Positions 28,818 to 38,640 are shown, counted from the stretch's first letter. The stretch is DNA of 64,000 bases from Patescibacteria group bacterium (GCA_041649715.1 JBAZMP010000001.1:18741-82740), one strand, 5' to 3'. A program made the numbers and translations. Notes: generated by a model from the sequence alone, not told the origin.

Positions 28818-30320
28818 TTATTTTCTGATTATTTTAATAATTCTATCTTCCAGACCAAATTCGACCAGATCGCCGTCTTTTAAGACTTTAGTCGCAATTT
28901 TAGTGCCGATAATACAGGGAATGTGCAATTCGCGGCTGACAATCGCCGCGTGGCAGGTGATGCCGCCTTCGTCGGTAATGATCGCTTTGGCTTTTTTCAC
29001 GGCCGGCATCAATTCGGGCCGGGTCATGCTGCAGACGATTATCTCTCCCTTTGTTATTTTGCTTATTTCGCTTGAAGACTGGATTATTTTTACGATTCCC
29101 CGAGCATAACCCTTGGAAGCAATATTGCCCCTGATAACGTTTTGAGTCAAATCGGCTGGCTCAGTAATAATACTTTTAACTTCATAAAGCTTTTGGCGGG
29201 GGATCGTTTCTACACGCGTACGAGTGCCGATAAAGCCGAATTTTTGTTTTCTTTCGGGCAATGATTTTAGCGGTTTTGTATCTTCAAAAATACTTGTTAT
29301 TTCATGTGGGGTAAGAAATTCAAGGTCAGACAATTTTAATTTCAGCCGTTTGGCGATTTGACCGTTTAAGATATGTAGCCAGTAATTCGCTTTCATATTG
29401 GCCATTTTGCGCAGGTCTTGCCAGAGAGTCGTCATTTCTACCAGCTTTACCAGGGTTTTTATCTCTTTGCCAAGTTTATATTTGCCGATGATTTTATCCT
29501 TTATTTTTTTGTCTTTCGCATTTTTCTTCAGGGATGCATTTAGGGATATTTTATGCAATTCTTTTTTAAAATAAGCGAGATCCAGATTTCTATTTCTGGC
29601 GTAGCTGCTTTTTATCCAATAATAATTCTGGAAGTATTCATCATAAGCTTTTGCAAAATTTCGCTTCCGCGCGTGAAGCTTATGCTTTTTGGCTAAGAAT
29701 GCCAGAAATTCTTTTTCTTTTTCTAGAAAAGATTTTTCCGCGGGGTTAGTCAGTTCTGAGACAATTTGCGGGACGAGTTTATCGTTCTTTATTTTTTTCG
29801 AAATAATATCTGGAAAATATTCATCCATTAAAAAACCGAAACCGTCGGTAATCAAGGCGAGACTGTATTCTTTGACATAGGTCCGGTAAAATTCGGCATA
29901 AAGTCCGGTTAATTGATGATTTGTCAGTTTTGGTAACTTCGTATTTAATAAGCTGATGCAAAGTCGATTGAATGATGCAAAATAATTTTTCCAGGTATTA
30001 TGGATGATTAATGCCCGTCCCTTTTCGGCAGCCGATAAAAAATATCGGCCTACTTCCAGCGCCTGATTTTTTTCCATGGCATAGGTGGCATGACCGTGAA
30101 TAACCAGGCAGACTAGGGGAGTGTAATCGCGGAGGAAGTGCTTGGCTAATTCCAGAGTGGCGGATTCCACAACCGGATAAATCGTGGCCACTGTCGCTTC
30201 GCCTGACTGGACGATAAATTCATGACCTTTGAGTAGATTGACAATATTGTTCGTTTTTCGCGCCCCTTTTTTTCTAGCGGAAATTATTTTTCTACTCATT
30301 TCCTTAATATTATTTTTCAT
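28818..30320 (-). CDS. PEP-utilizing mobile (His-swivel) domain protein with variable helical N-terminus
   Basis: MTRPE, ITDEGGITCHAAIVSRELHIP. Confidence 0.85.
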   Translation of the reverse strand: MKNNIKEMSRKIISARKKGARKTNNIVNLLKGHEFIVQSGEATVATIYPVVESATLELAKHFLRDYTPLVCLVIHGHATYAMEKNQALEVGRYFLSAAEKGRALIIHNTWKNYFASFNRLCISLLNTKLPKLTNHQLTGLYAEFYRTYVKEYSLALITDGFGFLMDEYFPDIISKKIKNDKLVPQIVSELTNPAEKSFLEKEKEFLAFLAKKHKLHARKRNFAKAYDEYFQNYYWIKSSYARNRNLDLAYFKKELHKISLNASLKKNAKDKKIKDKIIGKYKLGKEIKTLVKLVEMTTLWQDLRKMANMKANYWLHILNGQIAKRLKLKLSDLEFLTPHEITSIFEDTKPLKSLPERKQKFGFIGTRTRVETIPRQKLYEVKSIITEPADLTQNVIRGNIASKGYARGIVKIIQSSSEISKITKGEIIVCSMTRPELMPAVKKAKAIITDEGGITCHAAIVSRELHIPCIIGTKIATKVLKDGDLVEFGLEDRIIKIIRK

Positions 30321-31065
30321 AAGATTCGGCTAGTTCTTCAAGCTTGTCCATATCTACGCTATATTCTTGTCCGCGGAAATTAACGGATAATTTCTTTTCG
30401 CCCTTTTCGTCAATATTGAGGGAAAATTCCATGCCCTCGGCAAAATTAAGCGCGCCCCCGATTTCTTCCAGCTTTTCGAAACCGGTAATTTCCCTATCCT
30501 TATCTTTTCTGATCAAGATCTCTTTTAACAGCGCTTCGGGCAGGCCCTGGTGCGTCACATTAACTAGGTCGATATTTGAACCGGAATACAGTCTTTTCGC
30601 CATTCGTGAATATCGATTTAGAACATAGGCTAAAGACTCGGCCACTTCATGGGGCGATAAAGTATCTGGGTCGGGTCTTTCTTTGCCGAAGTTTAAATAC
30701 CAATCGGTGGCCGTGTCGGGATCATTTTTTGCCAACTCATTAAATTTTTTCATGAATTCCTCGGATAAAGGCGGCATGCCTATTTCGGCCCTAATTCGGG
30801 TATTTAACTTTTTATCGTGCGGTGCTCCTTCGATAACTTTTTCTACGGTTTCCAGCGCTCTTTTTACCGGACTGGAATAGCCCTTGATCGCGTCTCTTTT
30901 TTCCAGATCTTCTCCAAATTTAGTAGCTTGTTGTTTGCCTTCTTCTGTTAAAGTTCCGGTTAGATCTTTTGCTCCGTGCCGCATAAAAAATACATGCATT
31001 TCGACATTACTTCCAAATCGGTTTTCCGGTGTTTCTAGATGACTGATTCGTGGCTCATTTTCCAT
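30310..31065 (-). CDS. histidine phosphatase superfamily protein
   Basis: FFMRHG, LTEEGKQQA, SSPVKRALET, VTHQ. Confidence 0.8.
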   Translation of the reverse strand: MENEPRISHLETPENRFGSNVEMHVFFMRHGAKDLTGTLTEEGKQQATKFGEDLEKRDAIKGYSSPVKRALETVEKVIEGAPHDKKLNTRIRAEIGMPPLSEEFMKKFNELAKNDPDTATDWYLNFGKERPDPDTLSPHEVAESLAYVLNRYSRMAKRLYSGSNIDLVNVTHQGLPEALLKEILIRKDKDREITGFEKLEEIGGALNFAEGMEFSLNIDEKGEKKLSVNFRGQEYSVDMDKLEELAESYEK

Positions 31066-31075
31066 ATTTTTATAT

Positions 31076-31666
31076 TTACAATTGCTCAAATTTTTCAGCC
31101 GCCAGCTTTTTGAATTCATTAAAAAAGAAAGAATCTAAAGATTTTTTCAGCAGTTTTAGAATTGCGGTCTTGTTTTTGAACCTCTTTTTTACTTTTTCGA
31201 TTCGCTCGGCGGAAAATCTGTCCAAATGATCAATGTCGTGGAACAATTTTTTGTTATGAGTATTATAAGCCTTGTTGAGGTTAATGCCGGTTAGCGTGTC
31301 GGCATCGTGCAGGCTGATGATGTCGACTATTTCTTTTATTTTTTCTTTTGGGTAATGGAGGGAAGTTAAAATGGTTTTAGCGATTTTCGCTCCGACGAGC
31401 ATATGCACTAATTTGCCGTTAGTTAGCACTTCCGAGCCGGCGACCCATTTAAAGTGTTCTTCCAGGAGGCCGGCATGGCCGATATCATGCATCATGGCGA
31501 CCGGTATTAAGATATCTTGGTCCATTTTCAATTTCCCGCGATAGTTAGTGATAATATTTACAGTTTCTTGGGCATGGCCCAAGTCATCCGGCCGCCCAGC
31601 CCTTAATAAGGGAAGACTTTTTTTCCATATTTTCCGGTATTTCGCCGGAGCGATGAACTTTTTCAT
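31076..31666 (-). CDS. HD-domain phosphohydrolase
   Basis: GH, MMHDIGH, HM..GAKIA, LHD, HDIDHLD. Confidence 0.82.
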   Translation of the reverse strand: MKKFIAPAKYRKIWKKSLPLLRAGRPDDLGHAQETVNIITNYRGKLKMDQDILIPVAMMHDIGHAGLLEEHFKWVAGSEVLTNGKLVHMLVGAKIAKTILTSLHYPKEKIKEIVDIISLHDADTLTGINLNKAYNTHNKKLFHDIDHLDRFSAERIEKVKKRFKNKTAILKLLKKSLDSFFFNEFKKLAAEKFEQL

Positions 31667-31670
31667 AAAA

Positions 31671-33098
31671 TTATAAGATAATTTTTATAATTCCATTGTT
31701 AGCGTCAATTTCCACTTGTTGGCCGTCTTTCAGAGCCTTGGTCGCCATTTTCGTCCCGATAATGCAGGGTATATTCAATTCCCGGCTGACGATAGCGGCG
31801 TGGCAGGTGATGCCGCCTTCATCCGTAATGATGCCGATCGCTTTTTTGAGCAGAGGGACGAATTCTGGTCGCGTCATGCTGGTTACCAGAATTTCTCCTT
31901 GTTTAAATTTAGAAAAATCTTTAGCGCTTAGAACGATTTTCACCGTACCTTTAACATGGCCTCGATTAGCGACATTGCCTTTTATTTCCGAGATTTTTCC
32001 GCTTAAATTAAATATTTCTTTATAGATATTATTCTTTGCTTTTTCAAAGTCAGCGTATTCGATTTCCGGGCCCTTTTTGCCAAAGAAGATGATAAAGCCC
32101 TTTTTCCTTCGTGTTAATTCCGCTTTGAATTTTTTTTGCTTGTAATGCTTCGTAACAAAATCTTTATACATGGTGTATATAATATTCTTTTCGGGTAAAT
32201 CTAGCCTTAAAAACATTTCCCGGATAGCATTGGAGAGCACGGCGTTTAGCTTATAAACGGATTCTTTACGCACATCTCTGATGTAGATGGCGATTTTTAT
32301 ATAATCAAATAAATCTCTCGTTTTTTTTGTTAAGGTTCGGCGATATTTTTCTACCAAAATTTTGTTTTGCCTAATCTGTTTTTGTAGCTTATTCTCTTCA
32401 TTTTTGATTCTTTGTAAGCCACCCAGTTCTTGAAGGTTTTGACGGGCTAATTTCAAGCAATCTTTTAGTTTTGGCGTATAAAGATAGTTGGCAAAAACCC
32501 ACTGGTTTTCTTTGTTTTTTGATTTATTAAAATCTATGAGCCCTGCCTGGCTTTTGTAAACAAAGGGAGTGAAATCGGTTAGCTGACTTAGATGCATAAA
32601 CTTCTGAAAATTTATCTTTGTTTTCATCCGGTCAAAATATTCTTTAACAATATGCTCATCCAGGGCCTCAGAAAACAAGGTGATAACCTGCCAATCCCTT
32701 AATTTTTCAAAAGTATTTATGATCAATTGTTCAAGCTCGCGAAGATTTAACATTTTTAACCTTGAAGGATAATATTGGCGGTAAATATGGTTAAAATCTT
32801 GGTCGATTTTTTTAAAATCAGCAAGCTCGGTAAATTTCTTTCTATTTTTCAGATATTTTTCCAAAGCTTGTTTGGTGGAAGCGGTATATTGGTTATTATT
32901 AAAAAATCCAATACCCCTTTTTCCGCCCAAAAGTAAGGCTAAAGAACCAAAATCACCCCTAAAATATTTTTTCTTAAGAGGCGAATATATAAGAAGACAA
33001 GAAGTTCCCCAAACCAAAGAGGAGAAATTTCCTTCGTGTTTGGTAATTTCCCGGTCCTTGTTGTCTTTAATGAATTTTTCTATTAATTTGTATTTCAT
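31671..33098 (-). CDS. PEP-utilizing mobile (His-swivel) domain protein with variable helical N-terminus
   Basis: MTRPE, ITDEGGITCHAAIVSRELNIP..IDANNG. Confidence 0.85.
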   Translation of the reverse strand: MKYKLIEKFIKDNKDREITKHEGNFSSLVWGTSCLLIYSPLKKKYFRGDFGSLALLLGGKRGIGFFNNNQYTASTKQALEKYLKNRKKFTELADFKKIDQDFNHIYRQYYPSRLKMLNLRELEQLIINTFEKLRDWQVITLFSEALDEHIVKEYFDRMKTKINFQKFMHLSQLTDFTPFVYKSQAGLIDFNKSKNKENQWVFANYLYTPKLKDCLKLARQNLQELGGLQRIKNEENKLQKQIRQNKILVEKYRRTLTKKTRDLFDYIKIAIYIRDVRKESVYKLNAVLSNAIREMFLRLDLPEKNIIYTMYKDFVTKHYKQKKFKAELTRRKKGFIIFFGKKGPEIEYADFEKAKNNIYKEIFNLSGKISEIKGNVANRGHVKGTVKIVLSAKDFSKFKQGEILVTSMTRPEFVPLLKKAIGIITDEGGITCHAAIVSRELNIPCIIGTKMATKALKDGQQVEIDANNGIIKIIL

Positions 33099-33100
33099 TT

Positions 33101-33177
33101 TGGTGGACCCGAGCGGATTCGAACCGCTGATCTCCTCATTGCAAATGAGGTGTTCTAGCCAGCTGAACTACGGGCCC
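33101..33177 (-). tRNA. tRNA-Ala(UGC)
   Basis: GGGCCCG..CCTCA-TTTGCAA-TGAGG..GTTCGAAT..CGGGTCC-A-CCA; G3:U70 pair. Confidence 0.95.
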
Positions 33178-33183
33178 AAAAGT

Positions 33184-33453
33184 TTATTCCGAAATAGTCG
33201 TCGTCTGGTCTAAAGAGGAAGAGGTAGACTTGAATATTTTACTGATACATCCGCCGAGGCAACCGGTTAGGGCCAAAAAAGTGCCGATAATAATGATCAG
33301 GCCGATAAGCTTGATAAATATCTTGGTCCCGCCCTCGCTGCCCAGGTGAGCTTCCGCCCAGTCGATCGGGCCGGTAAAATTATAAAACCACTCCGTTTTG
33401 ACAACGAGGAGAGAACCCACAATAATGGCGATGCCTCCAATAACGTAGTTCAT
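33184..33453 (-). CDS. small two-TM membrane protein
   Basis: 89-aa ORF with two hydrophobic segments flanking G.IDWAE.HLG..GGT. Confidence 0.65.
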   Translation of the reverse strand: MNYVIGGIAIIVGSLLVVKTEWFYNFTGPIDWAEAHLGSEGGTKIFIKLIGLIIIIGTFLALTGCLGGCISKIFKSTSSSLDQTTTISE

Positions 33454-33463
33454 ATATTTGTTA

Positions 33464-33598
33464 TGGTGGGCAACGAGGGTTTTAAAACCCTCGACCTTAC
33501 GGACCCGCCCGCCTTGACTGCCATCAAGGCAGTCAAGGCGGGTGTAAACCGTACGCTCTAACTCCCGAATGTTTTCGGGACGTCGGGACTAGTCGCCC
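33464..33598 (-). pseudogene. degenerate tRNA-Val(UAC) with palindromic insertions at anticodon position 37/38 and in the D arm
   Basis: acceptor GGGCGAC/GTTGCCC-A-CCA and stem TACGG/CCGTA around TTTACA still pair; 39-nt hairpin at 33504-33542; tcccga/tcggga repeat in the D arm; T-loop altered. Confidence 0.8.
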
Positions 33599-33832
33599 AC
33601 TATTTTATTGATAATCTTTGCGCTTTTCTTACCTTTTTGGGATTTTTCTCTTTTATAAGCCAACCTTCTATCCAGATATTTTTCTAATCGGAGGAGAATA
33701 AACGGTCGTCGATGTTGAGTAGCTTTCGATAAGCCTCAATTATGTTCTCAAAAAACATTTCTTGAAGTTATTTGTTACGCCAATATAATATTAATTATCT
33801 TTTTGGCTTTTTATTATATAGACATGATACAT
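33589..33832 (-). pseudogene. GIY-YIG nuclease pseudogene
   Basis: manual translation MYHVYIIKSQKDN*LYIGVTNN, then after a frameshift EHN*GLSKATQHRRPF..LE....LAYKREK...KKS; two stops and one frameshift. Confidence 0.8.
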
Positions 33833-33839
33833 ATTACCG

Positions 33840-33913
<74 letters not shown>

Positions 33914-33923
33914 AGAATTATAA

Positions 33924-34006
33924 TGCGGACGGAGGGAGTTGAACCCTCATGCCAAAAATGGCCAGGAGCCTCAGTCCTGCGCGTATACCAATTCCGCCAC
34001 GTCCGC
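33924..34006 (-). tRNA. tRNA-Leu(GAG)
   Basis: GCGGACG..CAGGA-CTGAGGC-TCCTG, long variable arm, CGTCCGC-A. Confidence 0.93.
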
Positions 34007-34049
34007 ATGAAAATAGATTTTTGTTAAAAAACTCAACACTGGATTTAGG

Positions 34050-34130
34050 GCGTATACCACCCCGAACCACTAAAGGGTTCGGGGTAGCCCTGAACTCTTC
34101 AGTAGTTCAGGGCAATTCCGCCACGTCCGC
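34050..34130 (-). pseudogene. duplicated 5' part of tRNA-Leu interrupted in the D loop by a 55-nt double hairpin
   Basis: gcgtatacc + insert 34059-34113 + aattccgccacgtccgc, matching the adjacent tRNA-Leu. Confidence 0.8.
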
Positions 34131-34136
34131 CTGTTT

Positions 34137-34448
34137 TTACTTGGCTTCGGTTAATTTTCTCGCTTTTGAGGAACGAAGATGATAAAGCTTTGAGCGCCTG
34201 ACTTTATATTTTCTTGTTACTTCTATTTTTTTGATCGTCGGCGAATAAAGGGGGAATATTTTTTCCACGCCGATGCCTTCGGAGATCTTCCGCACTGTGA
34301 AAGTTTTGTTTTCGCCCTTGTTGCGGATAGCGATGACAATGCCTTCAAATATCTGGGTTCTTTCCTTGCCGCCTTCTTTGATTTTTTGGTGGACTTTTAT
34401 CTGATATCCTGGCCGCAGATCCGGCAGTTTTTCTTGGTTTTCGGTCAT
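34137..34448 (-). CDS. rplS: 50S ribosomal protein L19
   Basis: [52 protein letters not shown]. Confidence 0.97.
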   Translation of the reverse strand: MTENQEKLPDLRPGYQIKVHQKIKEGGKERTQIFEGIVIAIRNKGENKTFTVRKISEGIGVEKIFPLYSPTIKKIEVTRKYKVRRSKLYHLRSSKARKLTEAK

Positions 34449-34509
34449 AAATTTAATTTGTTTTAAAATAATTAACTTCTTTATAGTATAGAGAAAAACG
34501 AGCGTCCCG

Positions 34510-35433
34510 TCAAGTCTGTCCCTTTAATTCATTTAAAATCGTTGAAAGCTCCGGAGGCAGTTTTTGGCTGAATTCCAACCACTGATTGTTCAGGCTATAA
34601 AAACCCAGTTTGTCGGCGTGCAGAAAAATGCGATTGAGCCGAATTTTTTCCTTTATTTTCTTGTTTTTGTAGAGTTGATCACCGACAATCGGAACCCCCA
34701 GGGCCTTCAAGTGGACGCGAATCTGGTGGGTGCGGCCGGTATATGTTCTTATTTCAAGATAAGTATAATTTGAATAGCGCTTGATGACCCTATAATGGGT
34801 TATCGCTTTTTCACCCGTTTGGTTTTGAGGCCGGGCGACAAATTTGCCTTCTTTGCCGCGGGCAATGGGAAAATCGATCAATCCTTCTTCTTTTATCAAC
34901 CGGCCGGTCACTAAAGCCAGATATTCCTTTTTGACCAGGTGGGACTGGAACAGATTTTTCAGATGGATAAATGATTTTTGGTTTTTTGCCACGACCATCA
35001 GGCCGGAAACGTCTTTATCCAGGCGATGGACGATGCCCGGTCGGCTAGGGTCTTCCCCGACGGAAAGCAAGGAAGGCAAGTGGGCGAGCAGGCGGTTGAC
35101 CAGCGTTTTTTCCCGGCAACTTTCCGCCGGATGAACAGCCAGGCCCGCTTCTTTATTAACGACCAAAAAATCGTCGTCCTCAAAAACGATTTGGAGAGGT
35201 TTTTTTTCGTCAGGCGTAAGGTCGATTTTGGCCGGCTCTTCCGGAGTAATTTCCACTTGATCGCCCCCTTTTAGGAAAAGGTGGACCGGGGGATTTTTTC
35301 CGTTGACCAAGACCATCCCCTTTTTGATCAATTTTTGCAGGTGGGCGCGGGAATATTGCGGATATTGCCGGCATAAGAATTTATCCAGCCTCTCTTTGGC
35401 GGCGTCGTTTTCCACGTTTAGCGTCTGTTTCAT
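34510..35433 (-). CDS. rluD: RluA/RluD family pseudouridine synthase
   Basis: S4 [45 protein letters not shown]. Confidence 0.9.
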   Translation of the reverse strand: MKQTLNVENDAAKERLDKFLCRQYPQYSRAHLQKLIKKGMVLVNGKNPPVHLFLKGGDQVEITPEEPAKIDLTPDEKKPLQIVFEDDDFLVVNKEAGLAVHPAESCREKTLVNRLLAHLPSLLSVGEDPSRPGIVHRLDKDVSGLMVVAKNQKSFIHLKNLFQSHLVKKEYLALVTGRLIKEEGLIDFPIARGKEGKFVARPQNQTGEKAITHYRVIKRYSNYTYLEIRTYTGRTHQIRVHLKALGVPIVGDQLYKNKKIKEKIRLNRIFLHADKLGFYSLNNQWLEFSQKLPPELSTILNELKGQT

Positions 35434-36914
35434 TTTAGGAGTTTTTTAACTAGGCTCATCGCTTCTTTTTTCGTGTTTATTTCCTTATTAAGCTGTTTTT
35501 CCCGCGCGGCGGCCAGCAGTCCGCCGATCAAGGGGCCTTGAGGCAGGTCAAAATTTTTCATAATCTCGTGGCCGTTGATCAGGGGCGGCGGCAGGCTTTT
35601 TCTTTTTTTATCCAGGGCTTTCAATTCCTCAAGCCTTTTCAGCATTCTTTTCAGATGGCGGGTGTTGGGTTTTCCTTTTCGCGGCAGACTGGCGAGAATA
35701 TCGGCGAGCATGATCCTGACCAGTTTTTCGCCCGGCACGAGAGGGTTAAAAAAAAGTTTTTCCACGGTGCTCGCTTTCAAGTGATACGGATCGTCAATGA
35801 TCAAAAGCATATGCCGGCCGACCAGCCAAACGACGTTTTCTTTTTTTATTTCACCCGTGCTTTCCAGCTTTAGGCGGTTGATGATCCTTTCGGCGATTTG
35901 CGCGCCCTGGCGGTCGTGCCGGTTAAAGCGGATGCGGTCCACGCCGTCTTTTTCCGGCGTCTGCAGGGTCGGCACTTTGCCGATATCGTGGAAAAGAAGG
36001 GCCAGGATGATCTCCAGGTCGTCCGTTCTTTCCGGCACGAATCTTAAAAATTCCGGGGAATTCAGCTTTTCCAAAGCGAGGCGGGTGTGGGCGTAGACGT
36101 CGCCTTCGGTGTGGAATTGCGGCGGTTGCGGCGTTTTTTTCATCGCATCCATTTCCGGCAGCAAAATCGGCAAAGCGCCGCTCAAGTTGAACAGATCAAG
36201 CGTTTCCAGCGGATTGGCTTTCAGGGCTTTCAAGAATTCTTTGGCGATGCTTTCCCGCGGCACCACTTTATCTTTCAGATGTTTTATCAGTTTCTTTATC
36301 GCCCGCCAGGTTTTTCTCTCGATTTGAAAATTTAGCTGAACGGCAAATCTTAAGGCCCGAAGCAGCCGGGAATAATCCTCTCTGAATCTTAGTTCCGGCC
36401 GGCCGACCGCCCGGATTTTTTTGGCGGCGAGATCAGCCAGTCCGCCCTGGGGGTCGATTAATCTTTTTTCCTTCACCTCGAAGGCCATGGCATTGATGGT
36501 GAAATCGCGCCGGGACAGATCCTTTTCAATGGGAAGTTTGTAGTCTGATTGAATTTTAAAATCTTTATACCCGCCGGTCAAACCCAGAGAATGTTCGGTC
36601 CGCGGAAGGGCGATATCCACGCTTTCTATCCGGCTGTTTCTCGGGATGAACTTAAAAACCCCGAAAGATCTGCCGACCAAATTGACTTTGCCTATTTTTT
36701 TCAAGAAATTTTCCAAGCTTTTTGGCGGCACGTTTCCGACCACAAAATCGTAATCTTTGGTTTTTCTTTTCAGAATGATATCCCTGACGGCGCCGCCGAC
36801 CAGGTAAACTTTTGCTTTCGGAAAATTCTTGATGATTTTGTTTACAAAACTTAAACCCGGCTCATTTTTCAGGGCTTTTAAAAAGATGTCGTTTCTGGCG
36901 GTAATCTTGGTCAT
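35430..36914 (-). CDS. cca: CCA-adding tRNA nucleotidyltransferase with HD domain
   Basis: YLVGGAVRD, DYD, DLSRRDFTINAMA, REDYSRLLRALRF, FHTEGDVY.H, HDIGK. Confidence 0.9.
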   Translation of the reverse strand: MTKITARNDIFLKALKNEPGLSFVNKIIKNFPKAKVYLVGGAVRDIILKRKTKDYDFVVGNVPPKSLENFLKKIGKVNLVGRSFGVFKFIPRNSRIESVDIALPRTEHSLGLTGGYKDFKIQSDYKLPIEKDLSRRDFTINAMAFEVKEKRLIDPQGGLADLAAKKIRAVGRPELRFREDYSRLLRALRFAVQLNFQIERKTWRAIKKLIKHLKDKVVPRESIAKEFLKALKANPLETLDLFNLSGALPILLPEMDAMKKTPQPPQFHTEGDVYAHTRLALEKLNSPEFLRFVPERTDDLEIILALLFHDIGKVPTLQTPEKDGVDRIRFNRHDRQGAQIAERIINRLKLESTGEIKKENVVWLVGRHMLLIIDDPYHLKASTVEKLFFNPLVPGEKLVRIMLADILASLPRKGKPNTRHLKRMLKRLEELKALDKKRKSLPPPLINGHEIMKNFDLPQGPLIGGLLAAAREKQLNKEINTKKEAMSLVKKLLK

Positions 36915-37052
36915 TGCTTTCTTATTCTACCATTGCCATCTTCTCTTGACAAAGAAGATAAAATAGGCTAAGATGGATTATTCTCATGTTCTTTTTGATA
37001 GATTTCTGAACTAAACCTTTTTAAAAAGGACCTTTTTAAAAAGGAGTGAGTC

Positions 37053-37433
37053 ATGGCGGAAAAAAAGGTCCCTTTGATCATCAAGGCCAGGATTTTCGTC
37101 ACTCCGGTGATGGGAAACACTCTCCTGATTGTTCATCCGCTCATCATCGAGCACGAGGTCATCAGCCTGGAGATCGAAGGCGAGAAAGACAGCATAGCTA
37201 TTCGGCGGGCGATCCAAAACGGCAAGATAATTCAGTTTCCCGTCTTTTCCATTCCCCAAGGGGAACCGGGCCGCAACGCCCTTTTCATGATTGGTCTGGC
37301 TGTGAGGAATATGGTGCGACTTCTGTCGGATGAGTTTCCTGTCGGCAAGACGGAGATCCATTTCTCCTTTTCCAAGCCTTTCCGCGTGGAAGGAGTTAAC
37401 AAGGTCAATCAGCTGGTTATCGAACGCCTCTGA
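37053..37433 (+). CDS. hypothetical protein
   Basis: AAGGAG RBS; own TTGACA-17-TAAGAT promoter (36946) and terminator (37451). Confidence 0.65.
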   Translation: MAEKKVPLIIKARIFVTPVMGNTLLIVHPLIIEHEVISLEIEGEKDSIAIRRAIQNGKIIQFPVFSIPQGEPGRNALFMIGLAVRNMVRLLSDEFPVGKTEIHFSFSKPFRVEGVNKVNQLVIERL

Positions 37434-37570
37434 AGAGGCAAGGATGCAGTGGGCGAAACTCTCTCGCGAGAGTTTCGCCCTTTTTCTTTATAATTTGAAT
37501 ATTAGGTCTTGACAAAAAACATAAAATAGTGTATATTGCCAGGTTGTTTGCAAAAACAACATTAGTCGTG

Positions 37571-37665
37571 GTTTGTAAAACGGGATGTTTTGCAAACTAA
37601 AGTTCCTTTCATTGAAGCTTGGCGGGATGCTAAGCTTCAAAACCGTGGCGGGATGCCACAGGAGG
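37571..37665 (+). promoter_or_regulatory. 5' leader with three hairpins each presenting CGGGATG
   Basis: stems at 37571-37597, 37613-37639, 37645-37659, immediately followed by the AGGAGG RBS. Confidence 0.6.
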
Positions 37666-37673
37666 TTCGAGCC

Positions 37674-38381
37674 ATGTCCCTCACTAAATCCAAGATTGAG
37701 GCTTTCTTTAAAGAATTCCCATTTCTGAAGAAATGTCTGGATCCTTATCTAGAGCGGCTTGCCAAGTTCTCGGATGATCCGCTTTCATGGATAGGATCCA
37801 TCCAGGTAAGTCGGCTTGATCTGGAAGCATTGGAAGAAGTTCCTCATGTGCGAAAGGGAAGCCGTTACGATAACGATGTCAGGCTGGTAATTGTTGATAA
37901 GTCTGGCAGAGAAATCTGTGAAGTGTCTCGTACGCACTGGGAAAAACATCCGCAGAGGAGTTTGTTCAGGCCCTCGACTTGGTTCTCGATAGAGATTGAG
38001 GGGCAAAAGTTGAGCGATGCCTTGGCGGCTCTTCCTTCAGGCCAGGATTTCGGGTACGTGGTCTGGATTTCAGATACGATTTTCCTTCACGTAAGGATTT
38101 ATAAGCTCCCCAAGAGTTTCTCTCTGAACGAGTGGGTCGAGGAGCTCAAAGATCGGGCAGTAAAGGAAATTCGGGATGAAGTCTCTTTGTCCGAATGGGA
38201 CGGTGAGAGCATCAAGATTATAAAAGGCCAGGGCGGTTACTTTGTCGCGCTTCCCGACGTTACGACGGGCAGTGCGATAGACGATATTTGGTGGGCTCCT
38301 ACGATCGAAGAGGCATTAGGCAAGTTTGTATGCAATAGGGCCGCTTTTATGGGTCTGAAGATTGAAGTTCGTTTAACCTGA
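37674..38381 (+). CDS. hypothetical protein
   Basis: AGGAGG RBS before ATG 37674; promoter at 37509; terminator at 38388. Confidence 0.7.
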   Translation: MSLTKSKIEAFFKEFPFLKKCLDPYLERLAKFSDDPLSWIGSIQVSRLDLEALEEVPHVRKGSRYDNDVRLVIVDKSGREICEVSRTHWEKHPQRSLFRPSTWFSIEIEGQKLSDALAALPSGQDFGYVVWISDTIFLHVRIYKLPKSFSLNEWVEELKDRAVKEIRDEVSLSEWDGESIKIIKGQGGYFVALPDVTTGSAIDDIWWAPTIEEALGKFVCNRAAFMGLKIEVRLT

Positions 38382-38640
38382 CTAAGCGGGGCCACGATGA
38401 AAATCGTGGCCCTTTTTCTTTATCAAAGAATCACCATAATTGGCGAATCAATTTTAACGTCCTATCCTTACCGCCTGGTAAAAAATAGAGCTGGACAGTA
38501 GGTTAAGTCAGAACTTATTTTATGGATGATTCTAGCGATTTTTATGTATCAAATCGGCTTGACAAAACTCCACTTTCATTATAAGGTGTGGAGTCCTTCG
38601 CTAGTTAACTTGGTTCACTTCAAAATAAGGGGGTTGAGTT

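Noticed and set aside
24280-31830. Repeated gcggcgtggcaggtgatgccgccttc-like sequences as a DNA repeat or DGR template
   Set aside because: They simply encode the conserved EGGITCHAA motif in five paralogues; no reverse transcriptase is present.
33504-33542. Functional archaeal-type tRNA intron
   Set aside because: No clear bulge-helix-bulge; the host gene has damaged D and T arms, and an intact isoacceptor lies nearby.
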